Source: an uncultured Anaerolineaceae bacterium
GTDB taxonomy: Bacteria > Chloroflexota > Limnocylindria > Limnocylindrales > CSP1-4
Direction: 5' to 3'
Assembly: GCA_964513505.1 (NCBI GenBank)
Contig: CAZENL010000003.1
Coordinates: 8-64,007, forward strand
DNA length: 64,000 nt
Positions 25,928 through 34,817 of this stretch are shown one piece after another; the first letter of the stretch is position 1; each line of letters begins with the position of its first letter. The translations under genes were made by a program, and so were the position numbers. The notes beneath the pieces are model-generated. The model was not told the origin of the DNA and searched no databases. It worked only from the letters and a program-made list of their open reading frames with translations.

Positions 25928-27277
25928 ATGACCGACCAGGACCTGAGACTTCGTCGCCTTGCGCGCCTGCGGGAGCTGGAGCCGCGCGTTCGGCCGGCAA
26001 CGGAGCTCCTGCCGCCGGCGCCGCGGCCGGCGTCCCTGCACGGCGCGGAGCGGCTGGCGGAGGCCATCGGCGGCAGGGTGGTGGCCGGAAACGGAGGATC
26101 GTTCGTGGTCGTGGAGCGGGAGATCCACGCGCCGTTCGACCCGCGCCCGCTGGCACGCCTCCCCTTCCCCATCGATACCGATCGGCCGCTGTTCCTGCTG
26201 GACACGGAAACGACGGGCCTCGGAACCGCGGCTGGCACCGTGATCTTCCTCATCGGCATGGCCTGGTGGGACGGTCCGACGCTCCGCGTGGCCCAGCTCT
26301 GGCTGCCGGACCATCCGGACGAAGGTGCGTTCCTGGATGCACTGACGGCGTACATGCCGCCGGACGCGTGGCTGGTGACGTACAACGGCCGCACGTTCGA
26401 CTGGCCGCTGATCACCACCCGGTTCCGACTTTCTCGCCGCGCGCCACCGGAGCTGGCCGGCCACCTGGACCTCCTGCCGATCAGCCGCGTGTTGTTCAAG
26501 CATCGCCTTCCGGATGCGCGGCTCGCCTCGGTCGAGTACGGCGTGGCCGGCGTGCGACGCACCGGCGACCTGCCCGGCGCACTGATCCCGGATCGGTACT
26601 TCGGCTGGTTGCGGCGGGGAGAAGCGGAACCACTGCTGGAGGTCCTGGAGCACAACTACCAGGACGTGGTCTCCATGGCGCGCCTTCTTGCAGTCCTCAC
26701 CCTCCGACTCGCGGATCCGTCGGGTCACGCGGCGTCGCATCCGGGAGACCTCGTGGGGCTGGCGCGGGCGTACCGGCGGCGCGGCCGGCCGGAGGAGGCC
26801 CTCGCGTGCCTCGAATCGGCGCTGGCACTGCCGGATCCGGATCGGCCCGGGTGGGGCCCGGGTGCCGGCTTCGATCGCGGGCAGGCATGGCTGGACCAGG
26901 CCGCGCTCTTCTCTTCACAGGGGCGGCCAGAGGAGGCCGTCATCGCGTGGCAGGAGGCCGTGCGCTGCGGCGGCCGCACGGCCGTGATGGCCTGGATCGG
27001 ACTGGCCAAGCATCACGAACACCGGGCGCGGGATCCCCAGGGTGCCCTGGCGGCAGCCTTGGCAGCGGAACGTTTGGTCGCGCAGCGACGGGCACTCGGC
27101 CGTTTCGACGCGTTCGCCGAACGGGATCTCAGGCGGCGGCTAGTCCGCCTGCGCCGGCGCGTGGCGCGCCGACAGGCGCTGGCGGACCGCCGCCAGGTCA
27201 GGCACGCCAAGAAGGCCATGCTGTTCGACGGTGAGACTGGCGGCAGCGGCCGCGAACAGCAGGTGCCGGCGGCGTGA
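25928..27277 (+). CDS. mrfB: RNase H-fold DEDD exonuclease with a TPR-like C-terminus (MrfB/YprB family)
   Basis: Motifs are LFLLDTETTGL and VTYNGRTFDWPL, followed by a helical-repeat C-terminus. The start is either the ATG at 25928 or the GTG at 25862. Confidence 0.8.
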   Translation: MTDQDLRLRRLARLRELEPRVRPATELLPPAPRPASLHGAERLAEAIGGRVVAGNGGSFVVVEREIHAPFDPRPLARLPFPIDTDRPLFLLDTETTGLGTAAGTVIFLIGMAWWDGPTLRVAQLWLPDHPDEGAFLDALTAYMPPDAWLVTYNGRTFDWPLITTRFRLSRRAPPELAGHLDLLPISRVLFKHRLPDARLASVEYGVAGVRRTGDLPGALIPDRYFGWLRRGEAEPLLEVLEHNYQDVVSMARLLAVLTLRLADPSGHAASHPGDLVGLARAYRRRGRPEEALACLESALALPDPDRPGWGPGAGFDRGQAWLDQAALFSSQGRPEEAVIAWQEAVRCGGRTAVMAWIGLAKHHEHRARDPQGALAAALAAERLVAQRRALGRFDAFAERDLRRRLVRLRRRVARRQALADRRQVRHAKKAMLFDGETGGSGREQQVPAA

Positions 27278-28099
27278 GGCAACCCAGTCGGCTGCCTTGC
27301 CCGCGCGTGCGCCACCTCCAGCAATCCGGGCTGCCAGCAATGCCGCGAGTGCCACGTCACCTGCCCCCGTCGCGTCGGTCGTGGCCCTGGCGTCAACTGC
27401 CGGGTAGCGAATGACGCCGCCGGGACCGGCCGGCATCCGGAGGAGGATGCCACCGCGTTTGCCGGCGCTGAACAGGAGCTCCGTCTGGGGACCGAGCCAG
27501 CTTGCCGCTTGGTCGATCCGGTACTCGGGCGGCAGGTCGTGCAGGCTGACGCCCACGACGGATGCGCGCTTGAGCAACTCCGAGGCCCAAGGCGGTCGCC
27601 GGTGAACCGGCTCACCCGCGCGGAGATCCCGCAGCAGCCCCTGCCAGCCGAGCGCAACGGTCGCACCGAGCGGAGGGATCCGCGCCCAGTCCTCGGGCAC
27701 TTCGTCGGCAACGGGCGCCAGGAGCCACCCGGCCGCGGCTCTCCACGCTATGGGCAGAGCGGCCGCCGACACAGGATCGCTCACCTGCACGGCGGTCTGA
27801 ACCCGCCCCTCCGGTCGCTCCTCGTTGACGAACACCGGCCCGCGCACGAGCGGAACCGGCACCACGTCCACGCCAGCGGAGCGCAGCAGCTCAAGCTCGT
27901 CTGCCTCCATCGCCTCGTGGTCGAGGCCGATCAGTGCGGCGGTGCGGATGCCCAGGCGCGCGAGGGCGAGCGAGCCGTAGGTGACCCCGCCGCCGAGCCG
28001 CCAGCCCCGCCGATCGTCCGGCGTCAGGTCCCGCGACGCGCTTCCGACGACCACAACCGTCGGCACCGGACGGTCGAGCCCCGCGGGATCAGCCGCCAC
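27140..28099 (-). CDS. PfkB family carbohydrate kinase
   Basis: The sequence reads VVVVGSASRD...GGGVTYGSLALARLG...DATGAGDVALAALLA. The start is the GTG at 28099. Its 3' end overlaps mrfB convergently. Confidence 0.85.
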   Translation of the reverse strand: MAADPAGLDRPVPTVVVVGSASRDLTPDDRRGWRLGGGVTYGSLALARLGIRTAALIGLDHEAMEADELELLRSAGVDVVPVPLVRGPVFVNEERPEGRVQTAVQVSDPVSAAALPIAWRAAAGWLLAPVADEVPEDWARIPPLGATVALGWQGLLRDLRAGEPVHRRPPWASELLKRASVVGVSLHDLPPEYRIDQAASWLGPQTELLFSAGKRGGILLRMPAGPGGVIRYPAVDARATTDATGAGDVALAALLAARIAGGGARAGKAADWVASRRRHLLFAAAAASLTVEQHGLLGVPDLAAVRQRLSARHAPAQAD

Positions 28100-28111
28100 G
28101 GACGCCCCGCC

Positions 28112-28117
28112 TATACT
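28112..28117 (+). promoter_or_regulatory. -10 hexamer TATACT, 7 nt upstream of the ATG at 28125 (leaderless candidate)
   Basis: The sequence reads gccTATACTcgggtggATG. The same AT-rich octamer read on the other strand (GTATAG/TATAGG) could serve the divergent PfkB gene. Confidence 0.45.
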
Positions 28118-28124
28118 CGGGTGG

Positions 28125-28520
28125 ATGGCACTTCGAGACGGCGACCGGATGTATTTCTACGAGCTCCACGAGGGAGACGACGAGGTCTTCAGCGACGTGC
28201 TGCTCGCCCACGACTCCGAGTATGACGAGAACGAATTCCTGGAACTCGTGCTGGAGGCGCGCGCGGCGGTGCTGGACAAGTACGAAGAGGACACGCTCAG
28301 CGAGGCGATCGCCCACGAGCTGGAGAAGCGCCACGGCTTCCTGGCCATCGACGACAGCCAGTTGCGCGCCTCGGTCAGCGTCTCTGCCACTGATGACGAG
28401 ACGGTCATGGTGCCCGTCCAGGCCATCTCGTCACCCGGCATGAAGATGGGCGAGGACAACGACTTCCGCAGCCTGGTCCTGGACGTTGAGCCGGATGACG
28501 CCATGTGGGGCACCGACTAG
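28125..28520 (+). CDS. Acidic hypothetical protein (131 aa)
   Basis: This is the ORF 27981..28520 trimmed to the ATG at 28125. The sequence MALRDGDRMYFYELHEGDDEVFSDVLLAHDSEYDENEFLELV... is strongly Asp/Glu-rich. I recognise no family. Confidence 0.65.
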   Translation: MALRDGDRMYFYELHEGDDEVFSDVLLAHDSEYDENEFLELVLEARAAVLDKYEEDTLSEAIAHELEKRHGFLAIDDSQLRASVSVSATDDETVMVPVQAISSPGMKMGEDNDFRSLVLDVEPDDAMWGTD

Positions 28521-28535
28521 ACCGGCTGGCCCGCC

Positions 28536-29639
28536 TCAGACGTTGAACAGAATCTCGATGACGTCTCCGTCCGCAACTTTGTAGGTCTTGCCCTCGGACC
28601 GCAGCTTGCCGTGCTTGCGCGCCTCGGCCATGGACCCAAGCGTCAGCAGGTCGTCCATCGAGACCACCTCGGCGCGGATGAAGCCGCGGGCCAGGTCCGA
28701 ATGGATCGCGCCAGCCGCGTCCACTGACGTGCCGCCGTCCGCGATGGTCCAGGCACGGGTCTCGTCCGGGCCGGCCGTGAAGAAACTGATCAGGCCGAGC
28801 AGCTGGTAGCTCAAGCGGATCACCCGCTCCAGGCTCGATTCCGTGAGGCCCATCTCCTCCCGGAAGACGGCCGCCTCCTCGTCGTCCAGCTCGCCGATCT
28901 CCATCTCGATCTTGGCCGAGAGTGCCTCGACCATGGTCTGGCGGTGCTTCACGTGGGCGGTGCCGTCCGCAACCAGCTGGGCGCTGGCCGCGATGTCCGC
29001 CTCGCCAACGTTCAGCAGCACCAGCACCGGCTTCTCGGTCAGGAACCGGAAGCCGCGAACACGTTTGGCGTCATCGTCCGAGAGCTCCAGGTCGCGGATC
29101 GGCCGGCCGGCCGTCAGCGCGGGCAGCACCTGCTCCAGGACCTCCAGCTCGCGCTCGTTCGACTCGCGTTCCTGGGGAGTGCCGTGCATACCGCTCGTGC
29201 GCAGCTTCTGCACGCGCTTCTCGACCACGCCGAGATCCGCGAGCGTGAACTCCAGCTCCAGCTGTTCCACGTCCCGCCACGGATCGACCGATCCCGACGG
29301 ATGCGCCACGGATGGGTCCTGGAACGCCCGCACCACGTGGAGCAATGCGTCGGCGTTGCGCAACCGGGCGAGCTGATCGGCCGGGATGTCGGCCGAGAGC
29401 TGGCCTCCATCCGCCAGCGAAGGCGGCGCCGGCAGGTCGACATAGGTGACGTCGGCCGGGACCTCCTTCTTGGGCTTGAAAAGGGTGGTCAGCTTCGTCA
29501 GCCGCTCATCCGGCACCTTGACCACGCCCGTGTTGACGGTGAGCCCGCCGAAACCACCGGTCTCGGCGTGGCCGCGCGTCAGGGTGTTGAACACGGTGGT
29601 CTTGCCGGATCGGGCAAGGCCCACGATCGCGATCTGCAT
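28536..29639 (-). CDS. ychF: Redox-regulated ATPase YchF (Obg-like)
   Basis: The sequence has MQIAIVGLARSGKTTVFN and a C-terminal TGS-like end, GKTYKVADGDVIEILFNV. Confidence 0.93.
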   Translation of the reverse strand: MQIAIVGLARSGKTTVFNTLTRGHAETGGFGGLTVNTGVVKVPDERLTKLTTLFKPKKEVPADVTYVDLPAPPSLADGGQLSADIPADQLARLRNADALLHVVRAFQDPSVAHPSGSVDPWRDVEQLELEFTLADLGVVEKRVQKLRTSGMHGTPQERESNERELEVLEQVLPALTAGRPIRDLELSDDDAKRVRGFRFLTEKPVLVLLNVGEADIAASAQLVADGTAHVKHRQTMVEALSAKIEMEIGELDDEEAAVFREEMGLTESSLERVIRLSYQLLGLISFFTAGPDETRAWTIADGGTSVDAAGAIHSDLARGFIRAEVVSMDDLLTLGSMAEARKHGKLRSEGKTYKVADGDVIEILFNV

Positions 29640-29644
29640 CTCGC

Positions 29645-30667
29645 TCAGTAGCCTTTCGCGGCGTCAACGATGTTCTGCAGCGGCTCACCTGCCGCGAACG
29701 AACGCAGGTTCTCGCAGAACAGCTCGATGCTCCGATCCAGCACCCGTCCGCTGGACCACGAGGTATGCGGCGTCAGGATGAGATTCGGCACGTCGTAGAG
29801 GGAGGACTCGGCCGGCAGCGGTTCGTCGCGCAAGGCATCCAGCACCGCGCCACCCATTGGCCCGTCGCGGAGCGCGCGCACGAGCGCGCGTTCATCGACG
29901 AGGCGACCGCGGGCCACGTTGATCAGCCACGAGCCCGGCTTCATGCGCGCGAACATGGCCGCATCGAAGAGATCCTCCGTGCTCGGGGTGAGCGGCAGGG
30001 CCAGCACCACGAAATCGCTGATGGCCAGCAGGTCCGGCAACCGATCGGCGGGGAGGATCCGCACGCCGGGGAGTGTCGGGTCACCGCCGCCCGCCGAGCC
30101 TGCGACATCACGCCGCGTGGCCACGACCGTTGCTCCGAAGCTCGCCGCAAGCCGGGCCACGTCGCGACCGATCGAGCCGAAACCGACGATGCCGACGGTC
30201 ACCTCGCGCATCTCCGCGGCTTCCAGCGGCTGCCACGTCCGCTCGCGCTGCAGCTCCAGGAGCTGTGGCAGCCGGCGCACGACGGCCAGGATCATCATCA
30301 GCACGTACTCGGCGATGGGTTCGGAAAAGACACCCCGGGCGTTGGTGATGACCAGCCCACGCTCGGCGGCCTGCGGCGTCAGGACGCGCTCCACCCCGGC
30401 GGTGGCGGAATGGACCCAGCGGAGGTTCGGGCAGCGAGCCAGCAGACGGTCGAAGATCGTCGCCGGCAGCGGGCCGCGCAGCATGGCCTCCACGTCGGAC
30501 AGGTCGTCGTCCGTCAGTCCTTCTCGCGACACGGTGACCAGGCGAGCGCCTGGCGCCGCCTCCCGAATGCGTTCGAGGTCGCCCGCGCGGTAGCGGCCGG
30601 ACAGGATGGGCGTCAGCGCGATGGCCGCGGGCACGCCGCCCGGGCCGGTACCGGGTCCCGTGCTCAC
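29645..30667 (-). CDS. D-isomer-specific 2-hydroxyacid dehydrogenase family protein
   Basis: The sequence has an NAD fold (VGIVGFGSIGRDVARLA) and a catalytic region (NVARGRLVDE...LTPHTS). Its GTG start overlaps the upstream stop. Confidence 0.9.
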   Translation of the reverse strand: MSTGPGTGPGGVPAAIALTPILSGRYRAGDLERIREAAPGARLVTVSREGLTDDDLSDVEAMLRGPLPATIFDRLLARCPNLRWVHSATAGVERVLTPQAAERGLVITNARGVFSEPIAEYVLMMILAVVRRLPQLLELQRERTWQPLEAAEMREVTVGIVGFGSIGRDVARLAASFGATVVATRRDVAGSAGGGDPTLPGVRILPADRLPDLLAISDFVVLALPLTPSTEDLFDAAMFARMKPGSWLINVARGRLVDERALVRALRDGPMGGAVLDALRDEPLPAESSLYDVPNLILTPHTSWSSGRVLDRSIELFCENLRSFAAGEPLQNIVDAAKGY

Positions 30668-31974
30668 GCCGGTGCGGGAGCCTCCGCCGTCGAGTCCGTA
30701 GTGGTCGTCGGGCCAGTGGCGGTCGCAGGGTCCGTGGCGGCCGCACGGTCCGTGGCGGACAGCGGTGGAACCACGCGTCGCACCCAGGCCGCGGGATCGT
30801 CCATCTCGGCATCGGTGGGCAGTGCCTGCGGGCCATCCCAGAGGTGGCCCACCGCACGGTCGCCGCCGGCCTTGGCGACACCGGAGACGAACCGCTCGCC
30901 GCGCTTGTACTGGTCCATCTTCAGGTCCAGGCCGGTGAGGCGCGCCACGACGCGGTCGATCCCGCGCCGCTTCTGGGTGCGCCGCGCGTCGAAGCGGAGC
31001 CGCATGCCCGGCACGTCCGTCAAGACCTTGTCACCCACCTCGTCCATGACCCAGTCGCTGAAGCCCTCCAGCAGGCTCATGACCAGTTGCGTCTCGCGGA
31101 ACAGGCCGCGCTGCTCCGGGCTCATGAAGCCCGCGAAGCCACCCTCCGCGGCAGCGGAGCGCCAGCGCTCGGCCAGGTGCCGCAGGCCGCGAGACTGGAG
31201 ATGCTTGGCCTCCTCCAGGAACAGGGCGATCTGACGCTCGAGCCGATCCTTGAGGTACGGGCGCAGCCATGGGTGCGCCTCCATCTCGAACGCGTGGGTC
31301 GTCTCGTGCAGGGCGATCCAGACGCGGAACTCGTCCAGCGGGAGGCCCAGTTGCGCGGCCGCCTGGCGCACGTTCTCCTCCACGAACAACAGGCGGCCCG
31401 GCGTGCTCTCCGCCGACAGCAGCGCAACGTCGTACTGGCCGAGCACGCGGGTGCCGAGGTAGCCCAACACGAAGCCGATCTGACGCGTGGCCACGAAACG
31501 GTTGGCAAACGCGGCCACGGAAGCCCCCGCGCCGCGCGGCCGGTCCGGCGGAATGAGCATCTCCTCCAGGTGGCCGACGAGCTCCTGGAACATGACCATG
31601 TTCGCGCGCGCCCAGCCGTTGCGATCCACCACGGAGTGACGCTCCACCACGCCGGGGAGCGGCGCGCCGAGCCGTTCCTCCAAGAGCGGCACGATGCGGC
31701 TCATGGCCTGCTCGTATGCCGGTGCCGCGGCGTTCAACTCGGCTTTGCTGAGGTGCCCCGGCGAGTGGCGGAAGCGCTGCGCGGCGATCCGCTCGACCTG
31801 GTTCCAGTCGACCAGGCCGATGTTGTCCGAACGATCGGCACGATCCGCCATCCGGCGCCACAGGTAGCCCGCTCCGACCGCCAGCCCCACCTGCACCGTG
31901 CGGCTGCGGATCAGCCGGTCCGCGGCGATCCTGGCGTAGCTCCGGCTCGGCGCCGCGGTCCCGCGCGCGGTCAT
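30664..31974 (-). CDS. DUF2342-family zinc metalloprotease-like protein
   Basis: An HExxH motif is present (ALHETTHAFEM). The overall look matches the family often annotated as F420-biosynthesis-associated. There is an ATGA overlap with murI. Confidence 0.8.
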   Translation of the reverse strand: MTARGTAAPSRSYARIAADRLIRSRTVQVGLAVGAGYLWRRMADRADRSDNIGLVDWNQVERIAAQRFRHSPGHLSKAELNAAAPAYEQAMSRIVPLLEERLGAPLPGVVERHSVVDRNGWARANMVMFQELVGHLEEMLIPPDRPRGAGASVAAFANRFVATRQIGFVLGYLGTRVLGQYDVALLSAESTPGRLLFVEENVRQAAAQLGLPLDEFRVWIALHETTHAFEMEAHPWLRPYLKDRLERQIALFLEEAKHLQSRGLRHLAERWRSAAAEGGFAGFMSPEQRGLFRETQLVMSLLEGFSDWVMDEVGDKVLTDVPGMRLRFDARRTQKRRGIDRVVARLTGLDLKMDQYKRGERFVSGVAKAGGDRAVGHLWDGPQALPTDAEMDDPAAWVRRVVPPLSATDRAAATDPATATGPTTTTDSTAEAPAPA

Positions 31975-32855
31975 GCGGCGCCCGCCAGTTGCAGCGACTC
32001 GACCGCCGGGAAGAGGCTGCCAAAGAGCCGCTCCGCGGTTCGGCGGAACGCATGCACGTCTCCGGTCGTGTACTGCTGGTGGCTTGCCTCCGACGCGCCG
32101 GCCACCGCCAGCCCCTCCACTTCCAGCAGGCTCGCCAGGGCGCTGGCTGTGGCCAGGGCGGAGTCGATCACCGCGATGTCCGCGCCGCAGATGGCCTGGA
32201 TGATCGGTGCCAGCAACGGGTAGTGCGTGCAGCCCAGCAGCAGCGTGTCGATGCGCTCCGACGCGGGCAGGGGAAAGATGAACTCGCCGCGCGCGTCGCG
32301 TTCGCCGACCAGCGGCGAAAGCTGGCGCCGGACAAGGGCTTCCACGTCGGGGCCTTCCAGCCTGCCGGACTCGACCAGCGGCACCAGCTCCGGGGTCGCG
32401 TGCTCGTAGACCTCCACAAAGGGATTCTCGTCCTTGATGGCGTTGAAGTACGCATGCGACCGGACGGTGGCCTGCGTGGCGATCACGCCGACGCGACGGC
32501 TGCGCGTGGACAGGGCTGCGGCCGATGCGCCGGGCCGCACCACGCCCAGGATCGGGATGTCATAGCGGCGGCGCAACTCCCCCAGCGCCACGGCCGACGA
32601 GGTGTTGCAGGCGACCACGATCGCCTTGACGTCGCGGGACGCGAGCTCGTCGAGGCACTCGCCACTGAAGCGGATCACTTCGTCGTCCGTGCGTGGTCCG
32701 TAGGGCGCGCGCCCGTTGTCGCCGACGTAGATCGTCGATTCGCGCGGAAGCCTGCGGACCACCTCGCGCAGCACCGTCAACCCGCCGACGCCGGAGTCGA
32801 AGAAGCCGATGGGCCGCTCGTCCCCGATGCCGTTCAGCGCAGGCCGGCCACTCAC
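31971..32855 (-). CDS. murI: Glutamate racemase
   Basis: Motifs are FFDSGVGGLTV, VVACNTSS and LLGCTHYPLL. Confidence 0.95.
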   Translation of the reverse strand: MSGRPALNGIGDERPIGFFDSGVGGLTVLREVVRRLPRESTIYVGDNGRAPYGPRTDDEVIRFSGECLDELASRDVKAIVVACNTSSAVALGELRRRYDIPILGVVRPGASAAALSTRSRRVGVIATQATVRSHAYFNAIKDENPFVEVYEHATPELVPLVESGRLEGPDVEALVRRQLSPLVGERDARGEFIFPLPASERIDTLLLGCTHYPLLAPIIQAICGADIAVIDSALATASALASLLEVEGLAVAGASEASHQQYTTGDVHAFRRTAERLFGSLFPAVESLQLAGAA

Positions 32856-34012
32856 CGACGGCCGGCTGCGGCGAGCGCGGTCGCGGCACGAGCGGTCAGC
32901 GCCTTGGCCATGCGCCCAATGTCCTGGCTGATCCGCGCCGCGGGGTCGGCCAGGACGAAGGGGATGCCCTGGTTGTTGGCTTCGACGACCAGGCGTCCGC
33001 CGCTGACGACTTCGAACTCGGGCTTCCGGCCGATCTGCTCGGCCAGCTCTGCGGGCGTCATTCCGCCGGCGGAGTCGGAGCGGTTGACCACGTAGCGGAG
33101 CTTCTCGGGTGGATAGCCGATCTCCTGGTACGTGCGGCCCATCGCGCGCGTGTTGGCGATGGTGGTCGAGTCGTAGGTGACCACGTTGATGATCGTGTCG
33201 CTGGCGTCCAGGAACTGGAGGACCGCGTCGTTCAGGGCGGTGGGCGTGTCCACGATGATGATGTTGTAGATGCGCTTGAGCAGCGACAGCGTCTTGTCCA
33301 GATCACGCGTGGTGATCATCTCGGCCATCTCCACGCGCGGCGGCGCGAGCAGGATGTCGATCCCGGACGGATCCCGCCAGATGACCTCCTGGAGATCCGT
33401 CTCGGAGATGCGATCCGTCGGCAGCTGGAGCACGGACGGCGCCGATTCGGGCACGTGCAGCAGCGCGCGCAGGTCGCCGAACTGGAGGTTCCCGTCGATC
33501 AGCACCACCTTCAGCCCTTCGATCTGGCCCATGGAGACGGCCAGGTTGAACGCGATGGTGGTCTTGCCGACGCCGCCCTTGGGGGCAAAGATCGTGAAGG
33601 TGCGGGAGAGGCCCTCCGGCGACAGGGCCTTGTACTCGGCGCTGGCCGCCTGGATGGCGTTCATGAAGTCGAAGCCGGAGAACGGCATGGCCAGGACCTT
33701 CACCACGCCCATGCCCTGGCCGATCTTGATCGGCTTCTGCGGCACGGTCAGGGTGATGATCGGCAGATCGAAGCCCGCCTGGCGCACCCGCTCGGCCACC
33801 TCGAGCCCGTTGACCTTGCCCTGGAGCAGGGCGTCGACCATGAGGATGTCCGGCCGCACCTCGCGGATCTGGTCGATGACGTGGCGCCCGTCCGAGATGA
33901 CGTCGAGCAGCTTGACCTGGTCCTGGGCGTTCAGCAGGTTGCGGATGTACTGGGCAACCTGAGCCACGTCCTCCACGAGGAGGAGTCGGATCTGCGAAGA
34001 GGTGGAGGCCAC
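32852..34012 (-). CDS. Response-regulator receiver domain fused to a ParA/MinD-type ATPase (CpaE-like)
   Basis: This is the ORF 32852..34195 trimmed to the GTG at 34012 (VASTSSQIRLLLVEDV...). The REC domain has DILMVDALL. The P-loop is deviant-Walker-A-type (IFAPKGGVGKTTIAFNLA). Confidence 0.82.
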   Translation of the reverse strand: MASTSSQIRLLLVEDVAQVAQYIRNLLNAQDQVKLLDVISDGRHVIDQIREVRPDILMVDALLQGKVNGLEVAERVRQAGFDLPIITLTVPQKPIKIGQGMGVVKVLAMPFSGFDFMNAIQAASAEYKALSPEGLSRTFTIFAPKGGVGKTTIAFNLAVSMGQIEGLKVVLIDGNLQFGDLRALLHVPESAPSVLQLPTDRISETDLQEVIWRDPSGIDILLAPPRVEMAEMITTRDLDKTLSLLKRIYNIIIVDTPTALNDAVLQFLDASDTIINVVTYDSTTIANTRAMGRTYQEIGYPPEKLRYVVNRSDSAGGMTPAELAEQIGRKPEFEVVSGGRLVVEANNQGIPFVLADPAARISQDIGRMAKALTARAATALAAAGRR

Positions 34013-34019
34013 GGCCCGA

Positions 34020-34817
34020 CTATACCAACCGGCCGAGCAGGATCGCCCTATCCACCCCTGGTCCGAATGCGGACATCTGATGGTCCCCCGCCAGCATCTC
34101 CACGCCCAGGCCCGCTTCCGCCGCCATCCGCACGAGCTCAGACGACCCGACCAGGTGCAGACGATCGGTCCGTGCGGTGCGTTCCAAGGCGCCACCGTCG
34201 GCGGGCCACGCGTCGAAGAACTGGTGCAGCGTGACCGTGGCAGTCGCCGTGTCGTAGCGCGCGGAGGCCATTTTGGCGACGCGATCGGCGGTTTCCGGGT
34301 CGACGCGCAGCCATTCCAGCAGCAGCCGCCCGTCGTACAGGGACAGGTCCTCCGGGCTCGGCAGCCAGACGTCGACGACGGCCAGGCCGTCTGGGCGGAG
34401 GTGCGCCGCGAGCGTCCGCAGTGCTGCTACCTGCCGCTCACCATCGTCGAGCAGCATCAGGGTGTTGAGGGCCAGGATCGCCAGGCCGAAGCGCTGCTCC
34501 AGGCGAATCGCGGTCATGTCGGCATCGACGAGCGTCAGGCTGCCGCCGTGATCCCTGCCGCGCGACTCGCTCCATGCGCTCGCAGCCCGGGCGAGCATGT
34601 GCGCGTCGTCGTCCACGCCGGTGACGGCGTTGCCGGCTTCCGCCAGCGGGATCGCGATGCGGCCCGAACCCACGCCGAGCTCCAGGATGGGGCCACCCGT
34701 GCGTTGGGCAAGTGCCTGGTACAGCTCGACGTCGCCGGGATCGTCCAGGAGGTCCAGGTCGTAGTAGCGAGCGAGGGCCTCCGCGGCGGCTCCGGACTCG
34801 GGATGGCGTGGGCTCAC
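34020..34817 (-). CDS. Class I SAM-dependent methyltransferase
   Basis: This is trimmed to the GTG at 34817, which overlaps the upstream stop (GTGA). Motif I is ILELGVGSGRIAIPLA. Confidence 0.82.
   Translation of the reverse strand: MSPRHPESGAAAEALARYYDLDLLDDPGDVELYQALAQRTGGPILELGVGSGRIAIPLAEAGNAVTGVDDDAHMLARAASAWSESRGRDHGGSLTLVDADMTAIRLEQRFGLAILALNTLMLLDDGERQVAALRTLAAHLRPDGLAVVDVWLPSPEDLSLYDGRLLLEWLRVDPETADRVAKMASARYDTATATVTLHQFFDAWPADGGALERTARTDRLHLVGSSELVRMAAEAGLGVEMLAGDHQMSAFGPGVDRAILLGRLV

Noticed and set aside
24356-26740. A 794-aa minus-strand ORF, with 23557..25455 (+, 632 aa) and 25507..26655 (-), covering the mrfA/mrfB region
   Set aside because: The translations are Arg/Pro/Gly/Ala-rich with no motifs. 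They fully overlap ORFs that carry clear helicase and exonuclease motifs. These are typical shadow frames of high-GC DNA.
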